Positions 21,537 to 33,132 of a stretch of 64,000 bases of DNA are shown here, piece by piece. This stretch comes from Dehalococcoidia bacterium. GTDB taxonomy: Bacteria > Chloroflexota > Dehalococcoidia > Bin125. The stretch is from assembly GCA_963662615.2 (NCBI GenBank), contig CAXXSR010000002.1, positions 384,001 to 448,000 of the forward strand, in the 5' to 3' direction. Each line of letters starts with the position of its first letter. Within the stretch, counting starts at the first letter, position 1. Below the pieces are notes generated by a model that did no database searches, was not told the origin of the DNA, and saw only the letters and a program-made list of their open reading frames with translations. Position numbers and translations under genes: made by a program.

Positions 21537-22792
21537 TCCGCCTCACCGACGCGCACCGCGTGGCCGGGCTGAACGCCCGCCTTGCGAAGGGCGGCGCCGA
21601 CGCCACGGCGGTCGAGCCACCGATGGACCTCCTGCCGGGCCTCCACGTCATCCAGATCCATCATCTCCACGAAGGTCTCCAGACGCTCACCGCGTACACG
21701 GAAGATGCCCGTGCCCTCTCGTTCAATGCTGAACCGTCGCCGCTTCGCCGGCGGCCGCAGGACCGACAGCTCACGTGGCTGCGCCGCCTCGCGCGCGCGC
21801 TGATCCCGCAGGTCGCGGAGGCACCGTTTCGCCAGCGCCTCCGCGCCTTCGCCCGACAGGGCCGAGAGAAACAGCGGCGTCACGCCCCGTGCCGCGAATG
21901 CCGCCGCCAACTCATCCTGCCGGGCCGCAACGTCCGCCCGGTCGATTTTGTTGATCACCACGATCTGCGGCTTGCGCGCCATCTCATCCGAATACGCTGC
22001 GAGCTCCCGGTTGATGCTGTCGTGCGCGGCGAGGGGGGCCTCGCCGCTCCCATCGAGGAGGTGGACCACGAGCCGGGTGCGGCTCACGTGGCGCAAGAAC
22101 GCATGCCCCAGGCCTGCGCCCGCCGACGCCCCTTCGGTCAGTCCGGGCAGGTCGGCAAGGACGAACTCCTCCCAGCCCACGGCGGCAACACCCAAGTTCG
22201 GCTCCAGCGTCGTGAAGGGGTAGGCCCCCACGCGCGGCCTGGCGGCGCTCAGCCGCCGCAGCAACGTGGACTTGCCCGCGTTCGGCAGGCCCACCAGGCC
22301 CACGTCGGCAATGAGGCGCAGTTCCAGCAGCGCCCGCATCACGGCGCCGCGGTGCCCCCGCTGCGCGATCCGCGGGGCCCGGTTCGATGCACTCTTGAAG
22401 AAGGTGTTGCCGCAACCACCGCGTCCGCCTTGGGCGATGAGGATGCCGGCGCCGTCTTCGTCCAGATCTGCAAGCTGGCCGTCCGGCTTGCCCCGCTCGC
22501 CCAGGGCCACAACCACGGTGCCGGTGGGCACCTCAAGGATGAGGTCCTCACCGTCCCGGCCGCGCCGCTTCTTGCTCGCTCCGTGCCGGCCGTCCTCCGC
22601 CTGAAAGATCCGCTGGCGCCGGTAGCGGTTCAGCGTGTTGGGTTGCGTCCTCGCAACGACGATGACGTGGCCTCCGCGCCCGCCGGCGCCGCCGTCGGGG
22701 CCACCGAGGGGCACGAACTTTTCCCGCCGGAATGAGACGGCGCCGTTCCCGCCGGCGCCGCCACGCGTCTCAATGGTGACCTGATCGATCAT
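21518..22792 (-). CDS. obgE: GTPase ObgE/CgtA
   Basis: FRREKFVPLGGPDGG, GLPNAGKS, YPFTTL, NKID, C-terminal OCT domain. Confidence 0.97.
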   Translation of the reverse strand: MIDQVTIETRGGAGGNGAVSFRREKFVPLGGPDGGAGGRGGHVIVVARTQPNTLNRYRRQRIFQAEDGRHGASKKRRGRDGEDLILEVPTGTVVVALGERGKPDGQLADLDEDGAGILIAQGGRGGCGNTFFKSASNRAPRIAQRGHRGAVMRALLELRLIADVGLVGLPNAGKSTLLRRLSAARPRVGAYPFTTLEPNLGVAAVGWEEFVLADLPGLTEGASAGAGLGHAFLRHVSRTRLVVHLLDGSGEAPLAAHDSINRELAAYSDEMARKPQIVVINKIDRADVAARQDELAAAFAARGVTPLFLSALSGEGAEALAKRCLRDLRDQRAREAAQPRELSVLRPPAKRRRFSIEREGTGIFRVRGERLETFVEMMDLDDVEARQEVHRWLDRRGVGAALRKAGVQPGHAVRVGEAEWLWES

Positions 22793-22794
22793 GC

Positions 22795-23173
22795 CTTGAG
22801 TATATGTGCGCCCCGAATCCTTGCTCTCCACGAGGCGATGATCAGGTAGAGCGCAAGTATGAGCCTGTAATTAGGGGTCGTAGTCGTCGGGGAGTGGAAA
22901 GCGGGGAGAGCGGGGACAGATAGCTGGTTCCAGAAGGAGCTTGTCGGACTAGTGTGCACCGGAAGAGGGGGGTGGCGCTCGGGTAGTCGGGGAGCCGTGT
23001 GGAGGAACGGACCGCCGCGGCGCAAGGCCGCCGCAAAAGCAACGGGGCCCGCGGTCGCACTGGAAGCTGCACGACCTGCTACCGCGCGAGACAAGTTATC
23101 CCCGTATCGGGGGTGTTCTCCACACGTGAGCGGGTGGTTATCCACAGTTGGGAGTTGGGCGCAGAGGTAGCGG
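22795..23173. other. Probable replication origin (oriC) downstream of dnaA
   Basis: Perfect DnaA box TTATCCACA at 23138-23146; near boxes TTCTCCACA 23116-23124, TTATCCCCG 23096-23104, TGTGGAGGA 22998-23006; gene orientation bias switches around here. Confidence 0.75.
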
Positions 23174-24562
<1,389 letters not shown>

Positions 24563-24860
24563 GGGTGCGCTGGTTCCCTACGAATGCTGACGCGATGCCC
24601 GGCCCTTCGCCCTCGCCCCCGCCACGCAGCGGGCCGGGCTCTTTAAGACAAGGGTGGAAGGGACCGTTTCTTTCTCTGGACGGAGACGGGACCGTGCGAG
24701 AATAGGCACGCCCGTTCGCGGCTGACAAGAGGGTTGTAGACGGGTTACTCGGGCCGCACGCAGATTGGGGCGCGCGCCGAGGGACGCCGAGCGGCCGGTC
24801 CCGGCGCCGGAGCCGTATACTCCGCCCCGCGACGATGGGGTGGGCGGGAGGGCTCGGCAG

Positions 24861-25637
24861 ATGCTGCTGGCGGTGGATATTGGCAACACCACGATCCAGG
24901 CCGGCCTCTTCTCGGATGGAGAGCTCCGCTCCACCTGGCGGCTGGCCACTGACCATGACCGCCTGGCCGACGAATATGGCGTCCTGCTTGCCGCCCTGCT
25001 GCGGGCGGAGGCGCAGCCGGTGGAGGAGGTTGACGGGGCGATTATCAGCTCCGTCGTGCCGCCGCTGGTGCCGGTCCTGCAGGAGGTCTGTCGTCGCTAT
25101 TTTCAGACGGAGCCGCTGGTGGTGGGACGGGGCTTGCGTACCGGGCTGCGCATCCGCTACGAGCCTCCCGACGCGGTGGGAGCGGACCGCATTGCCGACG
25201 CCGTGGCCGCCCTTCAGCGCCACGGCCCGCCGCCCCTCATTGTGGTGGACTTCGGCACGGCCACGGTGTTCGACGCCATTGACGCCAACGGCGACTACGT
25301 GGGTGGCGCCATCAGTCCCGGCGTGGGGGTGGCCGCGCAGGCGCTGTTCGAGCGGGCCTCGCGGCTGGCGCGCGTGGACTTGGTGCGTCCGGCCACGGCG
25401 ATCGGCCGCACCACGGAGGCGGCCGTGCAGTCCGGCATCCTGTTCGGGTATGTGGGGCTGGTGGAGGGCGTCGTGAGCCGCTTCAAGGCGGAGCTGGGAG
25501 GCGGCCGCGTGGTAGCGACGGGCGGCTGGGCCCGGCGCATCGCGGATGAAACGAGCGTGCTGGACGTCGTGGATGCCGACCTCACGCTCCACGGACTGCA
25601 ACTGCTCTACGCCATGAACGCTGAAGGGACGCCATGA
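24861..25637 (+). CDS. coaX: Type III pantothenate kinase
   Basis: DIGNT, GADRI, DFGTAT, GGAISPG. Confidence 0.95.
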   Translation: MLLAVDIGNTTIQAGLFSDGELRSTWRLATDHDRLADEYGVLLAALLRAEAQPVEEVDGAIISSVVPPLVPVLQEVCRRYFQTEPLVVGRGLRTGLRIRYEPPDAVGADRIADAVAALQRHGPPPLIVVDFGTATVFDAIDANGDYVGGAISPGVGVAAQALFERASRLARVDLVRPATAIGRTTEAAVQSGILFGYVGLVEGVVSRFKAELGGGRVVATGGWARRIADETSVLDVVDADLTLHGLQLLYAMNAEGTP

Positions 25638-26863
25638 TGACGGGGGGGGAGAGCGCGGTTCCCCAGCCGGCGCCGCTGCGGGAGCGGCGGATCGTGCTGG
25701 GCGTGACCGGCTCCATTGCGGCGTACCGGGCCTTTGAAGTCGCCCGGCGGCTGGAGGAGGCCGGGGCGACCGTGGACGTGGCCCTGACCCGGAACGGAGC
25801 CCGCTTCGCCCCCGCCTTGACGTTCCGGAACTTGGTGGGTGGCACGGTCACGGACGACATGTGGGAGGACGACGCGGAGGCGGAGTTCCACGTGGAGCTG
25901 GGCCGCAGGGCGGACGCGATGGTGATCGCCCCGGCCAGCGCGACGTCGATCGCCAAACTGGCGTTGGGCATCGGCGATTCACCGGTAACGCTGACGGCGC
26001 TGGCGACCAGCGCGCCCATCGCCGTGGCTCCGGCCATGGACGCGCAGATGTTCGCGCACCCCGCCGTGCGAGCGAACCTGGAGACGCTGCAGGCGCGCGC
26101 GGTGTTGATTGTGGGCCCCGTGGTGGGCCGCTTGGCCAGCGGGCGCGAAGGGCTGGGCCGCCTGGTTGAACCGGAAGAGATCGTGGGCGCGGTTCGGGCG
26201 ATGTTGGGTCGCCGCAACGGCGATCTCCGCAGCCGCCACCTCCTTGTCACGGCGGGCGGCACACGCGAGGCGGTCGATCCGGTGCGCTATGTGGGCAACC
26301 GCTCCAGCGGCAAGATGGGCTTTGCGCTGGCCGCGGCCGCCCGCGATCGCGGCGCCGCCGTCACGCTCATCACCACGCAGCCGCCGCCGCCGCTGTTCGG
26401 TGTGGTCGTGGAGCCCGTGGAGAGCGCGGCGGAGATGAAGGCCGCCGTCGATCAGCGGCTGTCCGGGGCCGACGCCCTCCTCATGGCCGCGGCCGTGGCG
26501 GACTACCGCCCCTCGCAGCCGGCCGATCAGAAGATCAAACGGACGGGCGACGGCGCCGCGCTCACAATCGAGCTGGAGGAGAGCCCAGACATCCTTGGGT
26601 CCGCGCAGGGGCGCGCTCTTCGAGTGGGTTTCGCGGCGGAGACGGAGGACCTCCTGACTCACGCTGCCGCCAAGCTGAAGGCCAAGAAGCTCGATCTCCT
26701 TGTCGCCAACGATGTCAGCGCGTCGGATGCGGGCTTCGGAGCGGAGACCAACCGCGTGGTCCTCATCGACCGCGCGGGCGAGCAGGAAGCGTTGCCGCTC
26801 CTCCACAAGTACGACGTGGCGCAGCGGGTGCTGGACCGCGTGGTGGGCTTGCTGCGCCGCTAG
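25634..26863 (+). CDS. coaBC: Bifunctional phosphopantothenoylcysteine decarboxylase/synthase
   Basis: GVTGSIAAY, APAM, DPVRYVGNRSSGKMG, AAVAD, GFAAET. Confidence 0.96.
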   Translation: MMTGGESAVPQPAPLRERRIVLGVTGSIAAYRAFEVARRLEEAGATVDVALTRNGARFAPALTFRNLVGGTVTDDMWEDDAEAEFHVELGRRADAMVIAPASATSIAKLALGIGDSPVTLTALATSAPIAVAPAMDAQMFAHPAVRANLETLQARAVLIVGPVVGRLASGREGLGRLVEPEEIVGAVRAMLGRRNGDLRSRHLLVTAGGTREAVDPVRYVGNRSSGKMGFALAAAARDRGAAVTLITTQPPPPLFGVVVEPVESAAEMKAAVDQRLSGADALLMAAAVADYRPSQPADQKIKRTGDGAALTIELEESPDILGSAQGRALRVGFAAETEDLLTHAAAKLKAKKLDLLVANDVSASDAGFGAETNRVVLIDRAGEQEALPLLHKYDVAQRVLDRVVGLLRR

Positions 26864-28353
26864 GAAGCGCCGGCCCGCCCCAGCGCGAAACGGATCAGGG
26901 TGCGCACCGGAACGCCCGTGGCGCCCTTGACGGTGGCGCCGCTGTCCTTTTCGGCATCGTCGGTTCCCGCCATATCCAGGTGCACCCAGGGAGTGTCCTC
27001 TACGAACTTGGCTAGGAACTTGGCGGCGGTGATGGCGCCTCCGTAGCGCCCTCCCGTGTTCTTCACGTCCGCCACGCTGCTCTTAATGGCCTCGTCGTAC
27101 TCCTCGAACATGGGCAACGCCCAGATCTTCTCGCCCGCCCGCTTTCCGGCCGTGCGGATCTCGTCGCCCAATTCATCGTCATTGGTCATCAGCCCGGTCG
27201 TGATCGTGCCCAGCGCGACGGCGCAGGCGCCGGTGAGGGTGGCCACGTCGATCAGCGGCGAAAGCTCCAGGCGGTTCGCATAGGCGAGCGCGTCGGCGAG
27301 GATCAGCCGCCCCTCCGCGTCCGTGTTGATCACCTCAATGGTCTTGCCGTTCATGGCGGTGAGCACGTCGCCGGGCTTGATCGCGCCGCCGCCCGGCATG
27401 TTCTCCGTTGCCGGGACGATGGCGGTGACGTTGATCGGTGCGCCCAGGCGCGCCAGCGCGCCCACCGCGGCGATGACGGCCGCACCGCCGCTCATGTCCT
27501 GCTTCATGGCGCCCATGTTGTTGGCGGGCTTAATGGAGATGCCGCCCGAGTCGAAGGTGACCCCCTTGCCAACGAAGCCCAGTGCCGGCGCGGCGCCACC
27601 GCGATGGCGCAGGATGATGAACTTGGCCGGCTCATGCGATCCCTTCGCGACCCCCAGGTAGGCGCCCATCCCCAGCTTCGCGGCGTCCGCCTCCTCCAGG
27701 AGTTCGTACTCCAGACCCGTTTCCTCGGCCAGCGTTTGGGCGCGTCCCGCGAACTCCGTGGGCGTAAGGACGTTGCTGGGCTCGTTGGCGAGGTCGCGGG
27801 CGAAGTTGGTGGCGTCGGCGAGGACGGCGCCCGTGGCGATGCCGCGCTTGAGCTTGGCCGCGTGGGCGCCAAGGACGGTGACGCCGGTCACGTTGCGCGG
27901 CGGCTGCGACGGAGTGAGATGCCGGTCGAAGCGGTACAGCCCCAGGAGGACGCCCTCCGTCACCGCCTCTGCCACCGCCTCCTCGTCGAGTCCGGCGAGG
28001 GGGTCGCCACTCACGGCGATGGCAAGATTCCCGTCCGCGAAGCTGCGAGCGCGCCGCGCCGCGCCGGCGGTGGCGTTGCGGATCGTATCCAGGCTCAAGG
28101 CGGCGGGCTCGCCCAGTCCCGCGATCAGGACCCGCTTCATGGGCGCTTTCCCCAGCGCATGCACCGCGACGATCTCGTCACGCTTGCCGGTTAGTTCGCC
28201 GTCCGCTGCCAGCGCGCTGAAGGCGCCGTCGAAGGCGGCGTCGAGTTCGCCCACCGCGCCGCGCGCGCTTGGCGCGTCGCTGCGGACGGCGAAGATGATG
28301 ACGTTGTCGGCAGTGTTGCTGGCAGGAGAGCCGGTGGCGGCCTCGATCTGCAT
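26860..28353 (-). CDS. pepA: Leucyl aminopeptidase (M17)
   Basis: GKGVTFDSGG, MKQDM, NTDAEGRL, WVHLD. Confidence 0.96.
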   Translation of the reverse strand: MQIEAATGSPASNTADNVIIFAVRSDAPSARGAVGELDAAFDGAFSALAADGELTGKRDEIVAVHALGKAPMKRVLIAGLGEPAALSLDTIRNATAGAARRARSFADGNLAIAVSGDPLAGLDEEAVAEAVTEGVLLGLYRFDRHLTPSQPPRNVTGVTVLGAHAAKLKRGIATGAVLADATNFARDLANEPSNVLTPTEFAGRAQTLAEETGLEYELLEEADAAKLGMGAYLGVAKGSHEPAKFIILRHRGGAAPALGFVGKGVTFDSGGISIKPANNMGAMKQDMSGGAAVIAAVGALARLGAPINVTAIVPATENMPGGGAIKPGDVLTAMNGKTIEVINTDAEGRLILADALAYANRLELSPLIDVATLTGACAVALGTITTGLMTNDDELGDEIRTAGKRAGEKIWALPMFEEYDEAIKSSVADVKNTGGRYGGAITAAKFLAKFVEDTPWVHLDMAGTDDAEKDSGATVKGATGVPVRTLIRFALGRAGAS

Positions 28354-28515
28354 CGCGCCCTCCTCGTCGGCGGGCCGGCCGGACGCTCGCGCGCGCCGCC
28401 CCCGGACAACCCCTGATGGCCGGGGGCGATGGTAGCACGCGCTCCAGCGCGGCCTGCCCGCCATCGCGCCGTTGGGCGCTTGGACCGGCATACCCCCGGC
28501 GGTACCGTGAAAGTG

Positions 28516-29319
28516 ATGTCGCAACTTGAACCGGAGCCCCCCACGCTGGCGCCCGCCGGCGCCGGCCGGCGCGCGCTGGAGCGGCTGCCGCGGCCGCATG
28601 TCGCGGCGTTCGCCGTGGAGGTGGCGGTGGTCGCGGCGGGCGCGCTGATCTATTTCCTCGTCCGCGGTGCGGTGGTCGATCGCGCGGCCGAAGCCGTGGC
28701 GCGGGCGCAGGGCTTGATGGAGATCGAGCGGGCGCTGGGCCTGTTTTGGGAGCCCGCCTTACACGAGTGGGCGCTGTCCTCCCGCTTCCTGACGGAGCTG
28801 ATGAACGGGTTCTACTTTTGGCTGCACATGCCGCTCATCGTCGTCGCAGCCGTGACGCTGTTCTGGCGACGGCGGCCGCTCTACGTGTTCACGCGCAACG
28901 CCTTTCTCGTCTCGGCGCTGGCGGCGCTGGCCATGTACTATGCGTTGCCGTTGGCGCCACCGCGCTTCTTCCCCGAGCTGGGGTTCGTGGACACTCTGGC
29001 CCTCTACGGTGGTGGCTACCAGGCGGAGGAGGCCGGCCCCTTCGTCAACTCGTACGCAGCGCTGCCCAGCCTGCATTTCGGCTGGGCCTTGTTGATCGGA
29101 CTCGCCGTGTGGCGCGCGCGACCCCGTGGGCGCGCCGGCGCGGCGCTGGCGGGCGGGGTGGCGCTGCTGCTGCCGTCGCTGCAGTTCTTCGCGGTGGTAA
29201 TGACGGCCAACCATTTCGTCCTGGACGTCGCGGCGGGGGCGGCGCTTGCGGCGGTGGGGGCGGCCGTGGCTTTCTGGTGGCAGGGGCGCGACCGTCCCTC
29301 ATGGGGCGGGCGGCCGTGA
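28516..29319 (+). CDS. PAP2-superfamily membrane protein (Aur1/PAP2_3-like)
   Basis: PLAPPR, AALPSLHFGW, TANHFVLD; multi-TM. Confidence 0.85.
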   Translation: MSQLEPEPPTLAPAGAGRRALERLPRPHVAAFAVEVAVVAAGALIYFLVRGAVVDRAAEAVARAQGLMEIERALGLFWEPALHEWALSSRFLTELMNGFYFWLHMPLIVVAAVTLFWRRRPLYVFTRNAFLVSALAALAMYYALPLAPPRFFPELGFVDTLALYGGGYQAEEAGPFVNSYAALPSLHFGWALLIGLAVWRARPRGRAGAALAGGVALLLPSLQFFAVVMTANHFVLDVAAGAALAAVGAAVAFWWQGRDRPSWGGRP

Positions 29320-29338
29320 GATTGGGAGAGGAGCAGCG

Positions 29339-29653
29339 ATGATCCTTGCGACGAGCGACACCGTCCCGGGACGGGAGATCGGGGAGACGCTGGGGCTGGT
29401 GACGGCTAACGCCGTCCGCGGTCGGCACATTGGCCACGACGCGCTGGCGGCCCTGAAGACCCTCGTGGGCGGTGAGATCGGCCGCTACCGCCAATTGCTC
29501 ACCGAATCGCGCAGGGAAGCGCTTCAGCGGATGGAGGAGGAGGCCGAGGCAATGGGCGCGGACGCCGTGGTGGCGCTGCGCCTGACGACGTCGCCGGTGA
29601 TAGGGGGAGCGTCCGAGATCCTGGCCTACGGGACCGCTGTCAAATTCCGCTAG
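29339..29653 (+). CDS. YbjQ/UPF0145 family protein
   Basis: GGEI..Y..LL.ESR.EAL.RM, GADAVV, AYGTAV. Confidence 0.92.
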   Translation: MILATSDTVPGREIGETLGLVTANAVRGRHIGHDALAALKTLVGGEIGRYRQLLTESRREALQRMEEEAEAMGADAVVALRLTTSPVIGGASEILAYGTAVKFR

Positions 29654-29758
29654 TTCGCCTGGGCTGCGCGGCGCGGATCGGCGTGGCCGCAACCCGGCTC
29701 CCCGGCGGCAGCTCCTGGGGGCGCGCCTCTCTTCGCGTTGTTCGGCCCCGCGGGCGTG

Positions 29759-29878
29759 TGCTACGATCGCGGCAGGCGTTAGAGAGATGGAGCGCGGGCC
29801 GGCGGCCGTGCAGCGACCGCCCTCTAACCGCGAAGCGGCTGCGATAAGAAGAGAACACGCGGCCCGCCCCAGGACTGA
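29759..29878 (+). promoter_or_regulatory. rpsO promoter (extended -10 TGcTACGAT) and putative S15 autoregulatory leader
   Basis: GTTAGAG (29778-29784) pairs with CTCTAAC (29822-29828), enclosing GC-rich sub-helices; position typical of S15 leaders. Confidence 0.45.
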
Positions 29879-30145
29879 ATGCTCACCCAGGCCGACAAAG
29901 CCGCCATCGCCACGGATTACCGCGTCCACGAGACCGACACGGGCTCGTCCGAGGTGCAGGTGGCGATGCTCACGGAGCGCATCAAGCGGCTCACGGATCA
30001 CCTGCGCGAGCACAAGCACGACTACAGCACACGCCGCGCTCTGATGATGCTGGTCGGTCGCCGTCGCCGCCTCTTGGGGTATTTGAACCGGACCGACGTG
30101 ACGCGCTATCGCACGCTCATCGGCCGACTCGGCCTCCGCAGGTAG
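29879..30145 (+). CDS. rpsO: 30S ribosomal protein S15
   Basis: [25 protein letters not shown]. Confidence 0.98.
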   Translation: MLTQADKAAIATDYRVHETDTGSSEVQVAMLTERIKRLTDHLREHKHDYSTRRALMMLVGRRRRLLGYLNRTDVTRYRTLIGRLGLRR

Positions 30146-30448
30146 CGGGGGCCCGTCCGGTTAATGGGGCCGTCGTGCCCAGGTGGCAACAGGTCGCACA
30201 GAGGCGCTGAAGCGACGGCGGCATGCGTGGCGAAGCGGAGAGCGGAGTCCTCCCCAGCGGGCGGGGTGGCGCGGAGGAGTCGGCACGCGGACAGTGGCCG
30301 GCGCTGCGCCTGGGCGAGTTGCTAGTCGCGGACGCGGCGGCCTCAAGCCTCGGGGCGCTGCCGGCGCTGAGCACCTTTGTGGATTCGTGGCGGCCCGACG
30401 CGAGCACCGGTGTGTGCCCCGGGTGAGCCCAAGGCAGAGAGGGATCTA

Positions 30449-33105
30449 TTGACGCACCGATACGAAGTGGAACTCGCCGGCCGTCCCCTGATCATCGAGA
30501 CGGGGGATCTGGCGCAGCAGGCCGGGGGCGCCGTCACGCTCCGCTACGGCGACAGCATGCTGCTGGGGACCGTGACGGCCAGCACGCCGCGGAAGGGCAT
30601 TGACTTCTTCCCGCTCACGGTCGAATTCGAAGAGCGCCATTACGCCACCGGGCGCATTCCGGGCTCATTCTTCCGCCGTGAAGGGCGCCCAACGACGACC
30701 GCCGTCCTTTCCGCCCGGCTCACGGACCGGCCCCTGCGCCCCCTGTTTCCGAGCGGCTACAAGGACGAGACGCAGATCGTGATCACGATCTTGTCGGTGG
30801 ACATGGAGAACCCCCCGGACACCCTGGGCACGATCGCCGCCAGCGCGGCGCTCACGATCTCCGACGTACCGTTCTTGGGCCCGGTGGCGTCCGTCCGCGT
30901 TGGGCGAGTGAACGACGAGTTGGTGCTGCAACCGACCTTTAGCCAGCTGGCCGAGAGCGACTTGGATCTCGTCGTCTCCGGCACCAAAGACGCCATCATG
31001 ATGGTGGAAGCGGAGGCCCAAGAGGTCCCGGAGCAACTGCTGGTGGATGCCATGGCGCTGGGCCAGGAGGCGATCGCGCAGATTGTGGCGCTGCAAGAGC
31101 AGATGCAGGCGGAGGTGGGACGGGAGAAGCGCTCCTACACGGCCGCCGAGGTCTCCGGCGAGGCGCTGGCCCGCGTGGAGGCGGCGGTGGGCAGCGAGCT
31201 GGCCGCGGTCCTGACCCCTTCGTCCGAGATCAGCAAGGCCGAGCGCGACAACCGGCGCAACGATCTGCAGGCGCGGATCCTGGACGGGCTGGACGACGAG
31301 ACGGAGAGCGGCGAGCTGGCGGAGGCGTTCGCCGAGTTGGAAAAGCGCATCGTGCGGAGCAACATTCTGGAGCGTGGGCAGCGGCCCGACGGCCGTTCGC
31401 TCAAGGATCTCCGCGCGCTCAGGGCCGAGGTGGGGATGGTGCCCCGCACTCACGGCTCCGGCCTCTTTCAGCGAGGCGAGACGCAGGTGCTGTCGCTGAC
31501 CACGCTCGCCGGGACCGGCATGGCGCAGCGCCTGGACGACCTCTCACCGGCGAGCAGCAAGCGCTTCATGCACCACTACAACTTCCCGCCCTACTCGGTG
31601 GGCGAGACCGGGCGCATTGGTTCCACCAACCGGCGCGAGGTCGGGCACGGCATGCTGGGCGAGCGAGCCATGAGCTCGATCCTGCCCGAATTCGACGATT
31701 TCCCCTACACCATCCGCATCGTCTCGGAGGTGCTCTCGTCCAACGGCAGCACCTCCATGGCTAGCGTCTGCGCCGCCATCCTCTCCATGATGGACGCCGG
31801 CGTGCCGATGAAGACGCCGATCGCCGGTGCGGCGATGGGCCTGATCAAGGGCGAGGACAAATACGCCGTCCTGACGGACATCGCCGGCCTCGAGGATCAC
31901 CTGGGCGACATGGATTTCAAGGTCGCCGGGAGCCGCGTCGGCGTCACCGCTCTGCAGATGGACATCAAGGTCAAGGGCATCACCCTGGAGATCATCAGCG
32001 AGGCGCTGGAGCAAGCGACTGAGGCGCGGCTGCAGATCCTGGACGTGATGCAGGAGTGTATTGCAGAGCCGCGTGCGGAGCTGGCCGCCCACGCGCCACG
32101 GATGTCCCGCGTGGAGGTGCCCGCCGACAAGATCGGGGCGATCATCGGCCCCGGTGGAAAGACGATCCGCCAGCTGGAAGAGAACACGGGCGCCAGCATT
32201 GACGTTGAGGACGACGGTGGCATCTTCGTCACGGCGCCGGATGCGGAGTCGGCGCAGAAGGCCGTTGACCTGATCAAGGCGCTCACGAAGGAGATTGAGC
32301 CGGGAGAGATCTACACGGGCAAGGTCGTCCGCACCCTGCCGTTTGGAGCGTTCGTGGAGCTGGTGCCCGGCAAGGATGCGCTGGTGCACATCTCCGAGCT
32401 CGCCGAGGGCCGTGTCGCGACGGTAGAAGATGTGGTGAAGGTCGGTGACGAGCTGAAGGTGGTGGTCACCGAGATCGACCATCTGGGCCGGGTCAACGCC
32501 TCCCGGCGTGCGCTCTTGGTTGGCGAGGACAGGGAGGCTGGCGGCGGAGGCGCCGCGAGCGCCCCCCGCGAGCGTGAGCGCTCGCGAACGTCCCCCCCGC
32601 GAGATCGTGCCTCGCCGGGGATCGTGCCCCCGGGGATCGTGCCCCCGGGGATCGTGCCCCCGGGGATCGTGCCCCCGGGGATCGTGCCCCCGGGGATCGT
32701 GCCCCCGGGGATCGTGCCCCCGGGGATCGTGCCCCCGGGGATCGTGCCCCCAGCGAACACCCCCCTGACAAGGAGCAGTCGCGCCCCGTGGAGCAAACGG
32801 GCGCCGCCGAGGGGGAGCGAGATCGCGCCGAGGGAGCCGGCACCTCGTCGGCGGGCGGAGGAGAGGGCGGAGAAGCGGGCGGTGACGGCCGCCGCCGCCG
32901 CCGTCGGCGCCGGCGGCGAGGCGCCGCCGACGGCGGCGACGAGCGCCCGGAACGGCAGCCGGACAGCAACGCCGGCGGGCGCTCGCCGGCCTGGGGGGGC
33001 TATTCGCGCGGTGCTTCTCGTCGCGGGTCCAGCGGTAGCAGTTCGGATGAGCCGCCGCCGCCGCCGCCGCCGCCGCGCCCGGACTTCGGGGCGCCGGCCC
33101 GCTGA
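30449..33105 (+). CDS. pnp: Polyribonucleotide nucleotidyltransferase; low-complexity C-terminal tail with apparent 1-nt frameshift near 32615
   Basis: DFFPLTV, RTHGS.LF.RGETQ, SNGSTSMASVC, GDMDFK, KH and S1 domains; the uncorrected frame runs to 33196, overlapping dapB. Confidence 0.95.
32615..32749 (+). repeat. 15-bp tandem repeat (CCGGGGATCGTGCCC) x9 in the pnp tail
   Basis: ATCGTGCCCC recurs at 32621, 32636 ... 32741. Confidence 0.97.
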
Positions 33106-33132
33106 GGCGAGCGACGGCGGTGAGGTAGCGCC

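Noticed and set aside
30146-30448. ncRNA or small ORF between rpsO and pnp
   Set aside because: GC-rich pairing is possible, but no recognisable motif or convincing ORF; may simply be the pnp leader.
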